This document shows positions 13,470 through 26,055 of a stretch of DNA of 64,000 nt, piece after piece (within the stretch, counting starts at the first letter, position 1; every line of letters starts with the position of its first letter). The stretch comes from Mobula hypostoma. Taxonomy: Eukaryota. Below the pieces are notes generated by a model. It saw only the letters and a list, made by a program, of their open reading frames with translations. It had not been told where the DNA came from and did no database searches. Location of the stretch: positions 5,890,001 to 5,954,000 of the forward strand of contig NW_026948187.1 in NCBI RefSeq assembly GCF_963921235.1, read 5' to 3'. A program made the position numbers and the translations under genes.

Positions 13470-14250
13470 GAGATTCAGTCTGTGTCTGACCCCGTGAGCC
13501 TGTGATGGGATGGTGTGGATGGAGCTTCACTCTGTGTCTGACCCCGGGAGTGTGTGATTGCATGGTGTGGAGGGAGATTCACACTGTGTCTGACCCCGGG
13601 AGTGCGTGATGGGACTGTGTTGAGGGAGATTCACTCTGTGTCTAACATCGGGTGTGTGTAATGGGATGGTGTGGAGGGAAGTTTAATCTGTCTGTCCTCG
13701 GCTGTGTGTGATCGGACGGAGTGAAGGACGCTTCAACTTCATGTCTAACCACTCCAGTGTGTGATAGGATGGTGCGGAGGGAGCTTCACTCCGTGTCTCA
13801 CCCGGGAGTGTGTGATGGAATGGTGTGCTGGGAGCTACATTCTGTTTCTAACCCCGGGAGTGTTTGATGAGACGGTGTCGTGGGAGCTTCGCTCTGCGTC
13901 TGACCCGAGGAGAGTATGAAGGGAGATTGGAAAGGGGACTTCACTCTGTGTCTGATCCCCTGTGTGTGTGATGGGCCGGTGCCGCGGGAGCTTTTCTGTC
14001 TGTACTCGGGTGTGTGTGAAGGGAAGGTGTGGAGGGAGCTTCACTCTGTGTCTGACCCCGGGAGTGCGTGATGGGACATTGTGGGGGGAATTTCACTCTG
14101 TGTGTGACCTCTGGAATCCGTAACGCGATAGTGTGGAGGGAAATTCAATGTGTCTGATTCCGACTGTCTATGATGAGAGTGCCTAATTTTGTTTCTCACC
14201 CCGGATGTGTGTGATAGGACGATGTGGAGGGAGCTTCACCCTATGTCTGA
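13470..14250 (+). repeat. 52-bp minisatellite filling intron 1 of paralog A
   Basis: Visible degenerate array. Confidence 0.9.
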
Positions 14251-14321
14251 CATGCTCTGTCCCCAGCTGAACCTGATGTGGAAATTAGTTTCAAGACCAT
14301 CTTTGAGCCTTCTATCTGGAT

Positions 14322-16445
14322 ACCTCTCGTCTTCCCTCGCATCACTGATAAAAGGCCGACTTCACTTAACCTATTCTCATCAGGCATTCTCCCCCGTCCA
14401 GCCAACTTCATCTGCACCCTTTCTATGGTTTTCATATCCTTCCTGTATTCAGGCGACCAGAACTGAGCACAGTATGGTTGACCAACGCCCTATATAATTG
14501 CAAAATTACTTCTCGGCTCTTAAACTCAGATCCACGATTGATGAAGGCCAACCCACCGTATTTTTCCTTAACCACAGATTCAACCTGCTTTGCGACCTAT
14601 GGAGTCGGTTTCCAAGGTCCCTCTGATCATCGACACTGCGCAGAGTCTCTCCATTAATGCTATATTCTGCCATGATATTGGACCTACAAAATGAACAAAC
14701 TCGCACTTTTCTGAGTTCAACTCCATCTGCCACTTCGCAGCCCAGTTTTGCATCCTATCAGTGTCCCGTTCTATCTTCTGCCAGCCCTCCGCACTATCCA
14801 CAGCACCTCCAACCTTTGTATCATCAGCAAATTTACTAACGCATCCCTCCACTTCCTCATCGAGGTCATTTATAAAAATCATTACTAAGTTTTTTGAACG
14901 TTTCGTCAACTATGGTTGACCAGATTCACAACAGCCTTTGTACACCACGCATATTCTACCCCACCATGACGTCCATGTCTCATTGGAACGTACCTACTCA
15001 GAACCCCAAGCAGATAACCCATGAACATTTGCCACATTTCTTCCGTACCTTTCCCGAGAACATCTGTTTCCGATTTATGCTTCCGAGTCTCTGCCTGATA
15101 GCCTCATATTTCCCCTTACTCCAATTAAACATTTCCCTAACTTGTCTGTTCCTATCCTTCTCCAATTCTGTGATATAGTAGATAGAATTGTGACCAAAAC
15201 CTCAGAAAAGCTCTCCCACTGAGATACCTGACACTTGACCAGGTTAATTTCCAAAATCAAATCCATTACATCCTCTCCTCCTGTAGGCTTATCTACATAT
15301 TTCGTCAAAAAACCCTCCTGAACACACCTAACAAACTCTACCCCTTCTGAACCCCTCAATCTAGTGAGATTCTAATCATTGTTTGGGAAATTAAAATCTC
15401 CCACCACAACAACCCTGTTATTATTACTCCTTTCCAGAATCTGTCTACTCAGATTCCTAGAATATGGTTGGTGCGGCTGTAACGAAACTCAATTCCCCTC
15501 GGGATCAGAAAAATATATCTATCTATCTATCTATCTGCTCCTCGATGTCCCTGTTACGATTGGGTGGCCATTAAAAAAAGAAACAAAAAACACCCTGTAA
15601 AGTTATTGACCCCTTCCTATTCTTAACTTCCACCCACATAGATTCTGTCGACAACCTCTCCGTTACTTCCTCCTTTTCTGCAGCCGTGACAGTATCTCTG
15701 ATCAACAGTGCTACGTCCCCACCTCTTTTGCCTCCCTCCCTATCCTTTCTGAAACATCTAAAGCCTGGCACTTGGAAGTAGCGATTCCCTCCCCTGCACC
15801 ATCCAAGTCTCTGAAATGGCCACAACATCGTAGCTCCAAGTGCTGATCAATGCTCTAAGCTCATCCGCTTTACTCATAATACTCCTCGCATTAAAATAGA
15901 CACATTTCAAACCATCGGTCAGAGCGCGTACCTTTTCTATCATCTGCCTATCCTCCCCTTCGCACTTTCTCCAAGCTGTTTTCTATTCCTGAGCCAACCT
16001 CCCTTTCCTCCGTCACTTCGGTTTGGTTCCCACCCACCAGAAATTCTAGTTTAAACTCTCCCCAAAAACCTTAGCAAAACTTTCCGCCAGGATATTGGGC
16101 CCTCGCGGATTCAAATGCATCCGCTCAGTTTTGTACAGGTCACACCTGCTCCAGAAGAAGTCCCAGTGATCCAGAAGTCTAAATCCCTTCCCCCTGCTCC
16201 AATCCCTCAACCAAGCATTTATCCTCCACCTCATTCCATTCCTATACTCGCTGTCCCGTGGCACAGGCCGCAATCCCGAGATTACTACCTTTGATGTCCT
16301 GTTTCTTAACTTCTTTACTGACTCCCTGTAGACTTTGTTCAGGACCTCCTCCCTTTTCCTACCTGTGTTGTTGGTACCAGTATGTACCACGACCTCTGCC
16401 TGTGCTCCCTCCCACTTCAAGTTATCGTGGACGCGATTAGAAACA
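14322..16445 (-). mobile_element. CR1 LINE, internally deleted: ORF1 SGNH-esterase domain, APE endonuclease, RT end
   Basis: VVVHTGTNN..VVISGL (ORF1); YFNARSI..AISETW; KFADDTK. Confidence 0.92.
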
Positions 16446-16619
16446 CCCTGGACCCTGGACTATCAGATGGACTCCTGACCTCTCGATCAACTACGTCGCG
16501 GCCCCTTGCACTCTCTCTGTAACTGTGACACTCTACTCTGCGTTCCGTTATTGACTTACCTTTCTCTACTGCAATGAAGTGAACTGTATCTATGGATGTA
16601 ACTGGGACCTCTCTTGTCT

Positions 16620-17210
16620 GTGATGTTTACAATTGATCTGGATGAAAATGCACTTGGGTGAGTTACCAGGTTTGCGGATGTTACGGCGAGAGTTGGTGTT
16701 GTAGAGAGTGGAGTGGACTGGCAAATAATTCAGTGCGATATGATCATTTGGAGAGCGTGCCGATGGAATTTGTCCGGACACGACTGAAATGTTGCAAGTT
16801 GGTAGGTCAATAGATAGAAATGGCAAAAGATTAAATCCATGACCCTAAACAGTGTTGATGCACAGATGGATCTTGGGGTCCATGGTCATAGCTCCCTCAA
16901 CGTGGCTGCACAGTTTGATGGGGTGGTTAAGAAGATTGATGGTATTCTTGCCTTTGTTAGTCGGGGCATTGAGTACAAATGTCAGGGTCTGATACAATAA
17001 TATTATGTAATCACTAGTGAGGCTGCATCAGGCGTATTGTCTACAGATCTGGTCACCACATTATCAGTGGGATTTCAAGGCGTTAGGCAGCCTCCGGAGA
17101 GGTTTAACAGGACGCTGCCTGGATTCTATGGCATGTGTTACAACGAGAGGTCGGACACCCGGGTTGCTTCCTCTGGAGCGGAGGAGGCTCAGGGGAAATC
17201 TGACTGATCT
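16620..17210 (+). mobile_element. Degenerate CR1 RT 3' fragment
   Basis: YCLQIWSPHY..ERRRLRG. Confidence 0.75.
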
Positions 17211-17407
17211 CTGGAATCCGTCAGACACCTGTCAATCTTTCCCTAGTCAAGGAATTTAGACTCTCAGCGACGACGGCTGACAATAGCTGAGATTGAGAGA
17301 GGGAGAGTTGACCGTGGTGGAAGGAGAGAGCGCGGATGGTGGGTGTAAGGGAATCCCAGTGGGAGTCACGGCTGAATTCACGCACACACTGAATGGTCTC
17401 TCTACAG

Positions 17408-17524
17408 GTGTGCAGAAACAGGAGTCGAAAGAGAACATCGGAAATAGACGGTACCATAAGATCTGCCTAATCTGCATAGTTACGTCCATCTGTATCGCGA
17501 TAGTGACCGGGGTCTCGATCCATG
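17408..17524 (+). pseudogene. Paralog A TM exon (VQKQESKENIGNRRYHKICLICIVTSICIAIVTGVSIH)
   Basis: tctacag / gtgagt boundaries, 117 nt, homolog of 47652-47768. Confidence 0.88.
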
Positions 17525-17944
17525 GTGAGTCGAACGGGCTCCGGGAGGAGTCAGACCGTGAAGTAACAGAGTGGAATGAAGCGTGAACGTAAAACACCAC
17601 AGTGACACGGTCAATCCGGTCAACGTGACATTGACAGACGATTCACCGTGACACCAACGCGTACCTCACCGTGACACCGACACGCCCCTTACTGTGAAAC
17701 TGACACTACCCTCACGTTTACAGGTACAGAACACCCACCATGACACCGTTACGCCCACACTGTGACACCGACTCGCACCCCACAGTGACGCCGAATTTCA
17801 TCGCACCGTGACACTGAGACTTCCAGCACCGTGACAACAGCACGCCCAACATCCTGACAACGACTCTCCCCAAATCGTGACACTGTCGCTCACCTCACAG
17901 TGAAACCTATGCCGTCCTCACTGTGAAACCGACACGCTCCGTAC

Positions 17945-19300
17945 CTATAGGCCAGTTAGTTTAACATCTGTATTTGGGACAATGCTTGAGGCTATCATTA
18001 AAGAAGAAATAGCGGGGTGTCTGGAACGAAATGGCTGCTTCAGGGATATGCAGCATCGATTCAGCAAAGGCAGATCCTGCTCTACAAACATCTTTCAGCA
18101 TATAACGAGCGCAGTGAACAGAGGGGAAGGGATGGACGTTACTTACTCGGATATCCAGAAAGCGTTCGATGGGGTGCCGCACAAAATACCTATCAATAAG
18201 ATACGCAGTTGGGTGTGATGTATTAGCATGGATCGATGATCGGTTAACTAATGGAAATCAGGAGTTGGGATACAGGACTATTACTCTGGTTGACAATCAG
18301 GGGTGAGCGGTGTGCGGCAGGGGTCGGTACTGGTTCGCAACTGTTCACGGTATACATTAACGATCTGGAAGAGGGGATCAAGTGCTACATAACTAAGTTC
18401 GCTGATGATACTAAATTGCGACGAAAAGGGAATTCTGCAGAAGATACAGGGAGAGTGCAGAGAGATAGGATAAATGAGTGGGGAAGGGACTAGCAGATGG
18501 AGTCCAATGTTGGTAAATTGGAGGTCTTCCACTTTGGAAGGAAAAAAGCGGAAGGGAAGATTATTATTTAAATGGTAAAAGATTACAACATGCTGCTGTG
18601 CAGAGGGACTTGGGAGTGCTTGAGCATGAATCTCAAAATGTTGGTTTGCAGGTGTAGCAAGCTGGCAAGAAGGCAAATGGAATATTAACCTTTATTGCTA
18701 AAATGATTGAATTCAAGGGCAGGGTGGTCATGCTGCAACTGTACGGGGTACTGGTGAGGCCCCACCCAGAGTACGGCGTGCAATTCTGGTCTTCTGACTT
18801 GAGGAAGGATATACTGGCTTTGGAGGCGGTGAAGAGGAGGTTCAGCAGTTTGATCCAGAGATGAGGGAGTTAAACTTGATGGGAGACTGGGACTGTACTC
18901 GCTGAAATTCAGACGGAATAGAGGAGATCTTCGAGAAGCATATAAAATTATGAAAGGGATAGTAAGATAAAGGTAGGGAAGCTGTCCCACTGTTAGGTGA
19001 GACTAGATCTAAGGGGCATAGACTTAAGATTCTGGATTAAGTATGGAGATGAGGAGGAAATGCTTTTCCCAAATAGTGGTGAATCTCTGGAATGTTCTGC
19101 CCATTGAAGCAGTGGCTACCTCAGTAACATATTTAAGGCAAGGTTGGATGGATGTTTCCAGAGTAGGGTAATTAAGGGTTATGGGGCAAAGGCAGGTAGA
19201 TGGAGATGAGTCCATGGCCAGATCAGCCATGATCTTATTGATTGGCGGAGCGGACAAGACGGACGGACCTGCCGACTCCAGCTCCTGTTTCTTGTGTTCT
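17945..19300 (+). mobile_element. CR1 LINE RT fragment with 3' tail
   Basis: QHRFSKGRSC, KAFDGVPH, KFADDTKL. Confidence 0.9.
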
Positions 19301-19675
19301 TACACCGACAGATCACACACCGTGAGACCGACAACCCCGTCACCGTACTACGGTCACGTTCCGCATCGTGAACCGACAGTCCCTTCACCGCGACAGCAAC
19401 GCGCCCCACACCGTGACACCGATAATACCCTGATCGTGACACCGACAGGAAAATCAACGTGACGCCGACACGTCGCTCACAGAGATGCTGACAACGCCTC
19501 AGTGTTTCACCGACACGCTACTCAACGTATCACTGACAGACAGGGAAACATGACTCCAAAACGCCACTCACCATGACACCGACACAACACTCACCATGAC
19601 ACCTACACGTCACTCACCGTGACGCCGACACTCCACTCTCTGTGACAGGAACACACGACTCACTATCACTCTCAG

Positions 19676-19983
19676 TATTACAGATTCGTCAATCTCTGAG
19701 CACCTGCGAGCGTGACTACCAGGAATTTTGGGAACAATATCAGGAGATGAACAGGACCCAGTGGCAATGTGGACTTGAGGAAAATGAGTTGAACTCATCC
19801 CCTGAAACCAGCAAAACAGAGAATACCCGCCTGGCTGTCTCCCGAAGCATATGTCTCAAGAATATTTACGTTCCCAAAAATAACCTATAGATCCTCGAAC
19901 GTAAATTGTCTGCACTTGAAAATGAAAACTCCTTCCTGAACACACATCCCTCAGACTTGAGTCAAAAGCAATCCAATCTCCGG
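19676..19983 (+). pseudogene. Paralog A neck exon, with internal stop and truncated by CR1
   Basis: ctcag acceptor; LQIRQS...CLKN...LSAL matches the gene B neck; TAG at 19888. Confidence 0.82.
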
Positions 19984-21440
19984 TAAAAGGCGAGGGAAAA
20001 GATTGCTGAACCTCTGGCTAGGATCGTTGTGCCCTCGTTTTCTACGGGAATATCACGGGAGGTTTGGAGGGAGACGAATGTTTTCCCCTTGTTCTAAAAC
20101 GCTAGTAGGGATAGCACGCGTAATTATAGACCAGTGAGCCTTACATCTGTGGTGGGAAAGCTATTGGAAACGATTCTTAGAGATAGGATCTATGGTCATT
20201 TAGAGAAACATGGTCTGATCAGGAACAGTCAGCATGGCTTTGCGAAGGGAAGATCGTGTCTAACAAGCCTGACAGAGTTCTTTCAGAAGGTGACCAGGCA
20301 TATAAATGAGGGTAGTGCAGTGGATGTGAGCTACATGGATGCTAGTACGGCATTTGACAAGATGCCACACGGTAGGTTTAATCAGAAAGTCAGAAGGCAT
20401 GGGATCTAGGGAAGTCTGGCCATGTGGATTCAGAATTGACTTACCTTCAGAAGGCAGAGGGTCGTGGTGGAGTTAGTACATTGGGATTGGAGGGTTGTAA
20501 CCCGTGGTGTCTCACAAGGACCGGTTCTGGAACCTCCACTTTTCGTGATTTTTTAACGACTGGATGTGGGTGTAGAAGGGTGGGTTGCCAAGTTTGCAGA
20601 CTGCGCAAAGTTTGGTGATGTTGTGGATAGTGTAGAGGATTGTCTAAGATTGCAGAGAGACGTTGATAGGATGCAGAAGTGGGCTGAGAAGCTGCAGATG
20701 AAGTTCAACCCGGAGAAGTGTGAGGTGGTACACTTTGGAAGGAGAAACTCCAAGGCAGAGTACAAAGTAAATGGCAGGATACTTGGTAGTGTGGAGAAGC
20801 AGAGGGATCTGGGGGTACGTGTCCACAGATCCCTGACAGTTACCTCACAGGTAGATAGGGTAGTTAAGAAAGCTAATAGGGTGTTAGCTTACATAAGTTG
20901 AGGAATAGAGTTTAAGAGTCGCGAAGGAATGATGCGGCTCTATAAAATTTGGAGTACTGTGTCCAGTTTTGGTCGCCTCACTATAGGAAGGATGTGGAAG
21001 CATTGGAAAGGGTAGAGAGGAGATTTACCAGGATGCTGCCTGGTTTTCGAGTATGCATTACGATCAAAGATGAAGGGGGCAAGTGTTTTACTGTTTGGAG
21101 AGAAGGAGGATGAGAGGACACATGATAGAAGTACACAAGTTATTACAAGCAATAGATAGAGTGGACAGCCAGGACCTCTTCTCCAGGGCACCACTGCTCA
21201 ATACAAGAGGACATGGCTTTAAGGTAAGGGGTGGGAAGTTCAAGGGGGATATTAGAGGAAAAGGTTTTACTCAGAGAGTGGTTGGTGCGTGGAATGCACT
21301 GCCTGAGTCGGTGGTGGAGTCAGCTACACCAGTAAAATTTAAGAAACTGCTAGACAGGTATATGGAGTAAGTTAAGGTGGTGTGTTATATGGGAGGAAGG
21401 GTTTAAGGGACGGCAGAACATTGTGGGCCGAAGGGGCTGT
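19984..21440 (+). mobile_element. 5'-truncated CR1 inserted in the neck exon of paralog A
   Basis: SLTSVVGKLLE, QHGFAKGRSCLT, FNPEKCEV. Confidence 0.92.
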
Positions 21441-21444
21441 GAGG

Positions 21445-22790
21445 AAGACGCTTCAGTCGGTCTGAACCAGGGACTGTGTGATGGGACGGTGTAGAGAAAC
21501 CTTGAATCTTTTTCTATACTCGCGAGTGTGTGATGGGACGGTGTAGAGAAACCTTCAATCTTTTTCTATCCTCGCGAGTGTGTGATGGGACGGTGTGGAG
21601 GGCGATTCACCCCGTCTCTGAACTCGGGAGATGAGATGGGACGGTGTTGGGGGAGCCTCATTCTGTGTCTGACCCCGGAAGTGTGAAATAGGACGGTATC
21701 GAGGAACCTTCACTCTGTGTCTGACTCCGCGTATGTCTGATGGGACGGTGCGCAGTTGGCGACACCTAGTGACTGACACCGAGAGTGCGTGTTCGGACAG
21801 TGTGGAGTAAATTTCACTTTGAATCTGATCCAGGGTAGTGTATGATGTGGCGGAATGGAGGAAGCTTCGTTCTATGTCTGAGGGCGAATATGTGTAATGT
21901 GGCAGTGTGGAATGAGGTTCGCCTGTGCGAATCCAAGACATCTTGATCGAACAGTGCGGAGGGAGCTTCTCTCAGTGTCTGACAAAGGGACTGTGTGACG
22001 GGACGGTGAGGAAGGAGTTTCACTCTGTGTCTGAACACGGGGGTGTGTAATAGGACAGTGAGCAAGTAGCTTCACTCTGTTTCTGACCCCGGGAGCGTAT
22101 GATGGGACAGTGTGGAGCGAGCTTCATTCTGCGTCTGACCCCGGGAGTGTTTGAGTGTATGCTGTAGTCGGAGCTTCACCCTGTATCTAAACCCATGCGG
22201 GTTCGATTGGACTGGGTGGAGGGAGATCCATTTTTTCCTTGTTCCTGATTTCCAGATCAAACGTATTCCAAGATTTCGGTTCGGAAAGAAAGACCGTTGT
22301 CATTTCAAATCCACGTCTGCAACATCCTACGAGAGAGCGAAAGAACAATGTTCAAACTTTGATTCAAGGCTTCTTGAAATTAATTCAACCGAGGAAGAGG
22401 TATGTTTCAGACCGTGAGAATATATATCCACACCAATCACAAACTTGGGGTCAGACGCAGAGTGAATCTGCCCTCGCGCCGTCCCATCACACACTCCGGG
22501 CGTCAGATATAGAGTGAATCTCCCTCCACACCGTCCCATCACACACTCCCTGAGTCAGGCACACAGACTGAAGCTCCCTCCCCACTGTCTCATCACACAC
22601 TCCCGGGGTCAGAGACAGAGTGAATTTCCCTCTGTCCCGTCTCTTCTCAAACTCCTGGGGTTAGACGCCGAGTGAAGCTGCCTCCACACTGTCCCTTCAT
22701 CACGTACCCTGGATCAGACATAGAGCGGACATTCCTCCACACCGTCCCTTCATATACTCCCGGGGTCAGGGACAGAATGAGACTCCTGCT
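21445..22790. repeat. 52-bp minisatellite arrays in opposite orientation either side of paralog A CTLD exon 1
   Basis: G-rich strand 21445-22230, C-rich strand 22440-22790. Confidence 0.85.
22256..22399 (+). pseudogene. Paralog A CTLD exon 1 (frameshifted)
   Basis: KDRCHFKSTSATSYERAKEQCSNFDSRLLEINSTEEE then gtatgt. Confidence 0.88.
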
Positions 22791-22821
22791 GAAACTGATT
22801 AAAATATATTAAATTTCACAG

Positions 22822-22886
22822 ACCTTTGTTTCCAACGTTGACCGCTCTGAATACAGAACATACTGGATCGGAAAATGTAAAGACGG
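22822..22886 (+). pseudogene. Paralog A CTLD exon 2 (TFVSNVDRSEYRTYWIGKCKDG)
   Basis: tttcacag / gtgagg boundaries, 65 nt. Confidence 0.85.
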
Positions 22887-23456
22887 GTGAGGATTGACTG
22901 AATAGTTCCTGTGGTGTGGGAGACTGACATAGATCTGTTGGGAGTCAGTGCAAATGGTTTGGTGAGGGACATTGGTGTGCGCGGAGACAGGTCTCTAGGG
23001 AGAGCGGGTGAATGCGATTAGTTTGCTGATTGAGATAGGCCTGTCAGGAAAGAGTGGACCAGTTATGTTAGTTTGCGGACTTACACAGGACTGCGAGAAG
23101 GGGTGCGGTCTGTGGAAGTGGAGCACTGGGATCAGTTTGGAGACTGTCAGGGTCCGTGGAGTCAGAGCTGGGCAGTGGGCTTAGTTTGGAGACCGGCACG
23201 GGGAGGTGAATGAGGGAGCGGTGTAGTGATATTAGTCTGGAGACGGACACGGGGACGTGGAATGAGGGAGCGGTGTAGTGATATTAGTTAGGAGACGGAC
23301 ACGGGGACATCGGGAGAGCGCGGTGTTGTGAGATTTGTTGGGAGACTGACACGGGACGTGGATAGCTGTGCAGTGGGAATATTTCGAGAACAGTCTCGGG
23401 GCTGTCTGCTGGATGTATTTTGCTTTCTGTTGAAATTGTTCACTCCTTTTTGATAG

Positions 23457-23631
23457 GAAAGCGGCCTCTCATGTCTTGTACGTGACGATGTCTGGAAAGG
23501 TCGAATGCATTGAATGTAAATCGTCCAGCGTGGGTTACCCTTGCAATCGTAAACAACACCGTTTCATCTGCGAGGCGGCTGCACCTTTCCACCCGGATAT
23601 TCCCGAAGAGATCCAGGATCTCCGTCCGTAG
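23457..23631 (+). pseudogene. Paralog A CTLD exon 3 (KAASHVLYVTMSGKVECIECKSSSVGYPCNRKQHRFICEAAAPFHPDIPEEIQDLRP*)
   Basis: tgatag acceptor; homolog of 33502-33700. Confidence 0.85.
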
Positions 23632-25706
23632 CCCATAGAGCCGATTTGAATCAAGCGACAACCCTCTCTTTCTCCTCGGTCTCTCACCACAGGTCTCTTT
23701 CTTTTCCTTTTCAATCTTTTTATTAATTTCATAAAATGAAAACATAACATAGTAATAATACAAATGTAGGAAATACATTTTTGTACTGAAAATGAGTAAT
23801 TGTAAGACCAAATAGTATAAATTGACAAAGCTCCCAATCGTGTAACAGAACAATGAATAATACAGGACAATAAATAAACAAATAAATAAATAAATAAATA
23901 AAAACTGAAGAAAAATCATGAAGAAGAAAAAAGATAGAAAAAAAAACATACGTCTCACTCATCCCTTATCTGCCCTCACCCCGACTTTACTCACTCCTCC
24001 CCCATCGCAATCTTTCTCCAAATCTCGCTCTCTCTTTCCTCTGTCCCTCCTACTTCCTTCTTTCTCCCACCTTATCGAGCCCGTCTCGCTCTCCCTCCTC
24101 TCTCTCACCATCTTTTGACTCCATCCTGTGCCCTTTGATTCTCAATTCCGCGACCCTGGGGCAAAAAAAACTGTGCGCACTCACCCTATATATGCACATT
24201 TGTAAGGTCACCCCTAAACTCCAAGGAGTAATGTCCTGACTTACCCCACCTTTGTTCGTAACTCTGTGCCTCGACTCCTGGCGTCGTCCTCGTCAATCTC
24301 CCTCTGCGCTCTTTCCCGCTCAGTGGCATCTTTCCAACAGCACGGCCCCAAAACTGAACACCGTACTCCCAGCGGCCACGCTGAATTGTCCAACTTCAAA
24401 GTGACCTCCCGTCTCCTGTACTCAGTGTCCTGTCTGATGAAGGTCAGCGTGCCAAATGTCCTGTCTATCTGTATCACATGTTTTCCACAAGAATCACGAT
24501 CTCATTTATTATCTGTGAATTGTACGCCCTGGAATCTGATCTTTTGCAGCATCATCATCGCGCAAAGATGTAAAATTAATGTAAAATACAAAAAGAGATT
24601 TGTAACACTCAGCTATATTGACTCGTATTCATCTCGGGGAAACCCCGTCCGCCTCCCACCTTCTCTCCCGGTTACGTCGGCCGCTGTAAAACTGCACCTG
24701 ATTCAGCTTCCAACATCAATCATCAGCCAGCACACAATGAACGTTTTACCAATTACACTTTATAGATATTACACAGTCTGTGAAATTAATAGAAGTTCAG
24801 TACCAAAAAGGAATAGAAAAGGCGCCAGACTCCCACAATTTCTTCGTGCACACGTTGGAGCTCGGGGACCTCTTCGGGACCACTCTGACCCCGTCGACTC
24901 GCAGCTCGGGACAACACGGTGTGATCAGCCTGAGCTTTCACTGCACGTCCGTCGTCCTCACGGTCTCTCCTCCAACATCCCGCCAAAACCCCCTGGTTCC
25001 TCGCCATATGAGACAGCTTATCCACCCAGGAAAGAATAACATTAACACCCATTGCTTCATTTACTCTATTATCCGGGGGCACCGTGACCCGGTACAATAC
25101 TTGGTTCTTCAGCTTCAACCGAGGCCACTCTTTCAGTAGTAGGGACACTGAGGCCTGCTTCGCCTTCTCCGTCAGAGCCATATTGCCATGTCTAACCGCG
25201 TACCAGATAGTGCCAGTGCTCGGGTCAACACGCAGAGCCGCCCCGACTTCCTGGTGGCTCAACTCCGGCAGCTGTCTGTTCCTCAGAGCAGTCAAGTTAC
25301 AGTACACAGTGGGTAGCGCGCCATCATCAGCCCCCAATTGATCCACTGCCCGATCTGGCCCTATCGGGGCTCCTGCTTCAGGTCGCTCGCAAATTGACCC
25401 ATGACCTTCACTCCCGGGGCAGGGACACTCTCCCACTCCTCATCCGTGACCGACCCCTCATGCGCCCGAAGAGATAAAACATCTGCATCGCTGTTCCGAC
25501 TCCCCGGCCGGTGCTTCAGGCTGAACTCATAGACAGACGAGGCCGCCAACCACCGAAACCCAGTAGCGTCCAATTGTGCCGGGGCCAGGATATAAATGAG
25601 AGGGTTGTTGTTCGTTCTCACCTCAATCTTGGCTCCGTATAGATAGTCGCTCAAGTTGTCCACCACCGCCCATTTCAACGCCAGGAACATCAACTTGTGA
25701 GTATAC

Positions 25707-26055
25707 AAGATTAAAAGATTAAAAAAAAAAACACTTTATTGTCATTTTAACCGTACATCAGCTCTGCGGGGCACAATGAGACAGCGTTTCCCAGGAGCAG
25801 TGCAATCATTACATAACAAACGCAACACTAAATAATAAACATAACAATAAATAGTAAAACACAACAGCCACATGCCAGTTAAAATCCGTTATAAGTGTCC
25901 AGTGCAAGTTAAAAGTCTCCAAAGCAGAGTCAGGTGGAGCAGTTATTTAGCAGTCTGACTGCCTGTGGGAGGAAGCTGTTTAGTAGCCTTGTGATTTTAG
26001 TTTTGATGCTCCTGTAACGTTCGCCTGATGGCAGAAGAACAAACAGTTCTTGCAG
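25707..26055 (-). mobile_element. Rex1/L2-type LINE 3' end inserted in the Gypsy RNase H region; similar fragments at 32150-32620 (+) and 56770-57100 (-)
   Basis: Minus strand reads LLPSGERYRSIKTK..RLLNSFLP plus a short repeat tail. Confidence 0.65.

Larger units (their letters stand above)
9940..14260 (+). repeat. Tandem duplication of the Penelope-fragment / promoter / exon 1 / minisatellite module (~9940-12000 and ~12095-14260)
   Basis: Collinear homologous blocks, each containing an exon 1. Confidence 0.85.
13375..23631 (+). pseudogene. Paralog A: CTL-like receptor pseudogene; exons 13375-13441, 14267-(~14320), 17408-17524, 19676-(~19983), 22256-22399, 22822-22886, 23457-23631
   Basis: Exon-by-exon homology to gene B. 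Lesions: TAG in the neck exon (19888-19890); neck exon cut by CR1 at ~19984; CTLD exon 1 is 144 nt (+1 frameshift) with the first Cys and Trp lost; exon 2 runs into a CR1; the 120-nt ITIM exons are absent. Confidence 0.85.

Noticed and set aside
17408-17524. Paralog A as a DAP12/DAP10-coupled activating receptor
   Set aside because: No Lys/Arg within the hydrophobic core, and the gene is disrupted
17590-17940. CACAGTG heptamers resembling V(D)J recombination signals
   Set aside because: Part of the degenerate CCGTGACAC repeat; no ACAAAAACC nonamer at 12/23 spacing and no Ig-domain segments seen
23440-23958. Hydrophobic 172-aa minus-strand ORF
   Set aside because: AT-rich retroelement-like tail plus the antisense of paralog A's last exon
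24266-25436. 257-aa (+) and 216-aa (-) ORFs as host genes
   Set aside because: Chimeric read-through across CR1, LTR and Gypsy pol fragments
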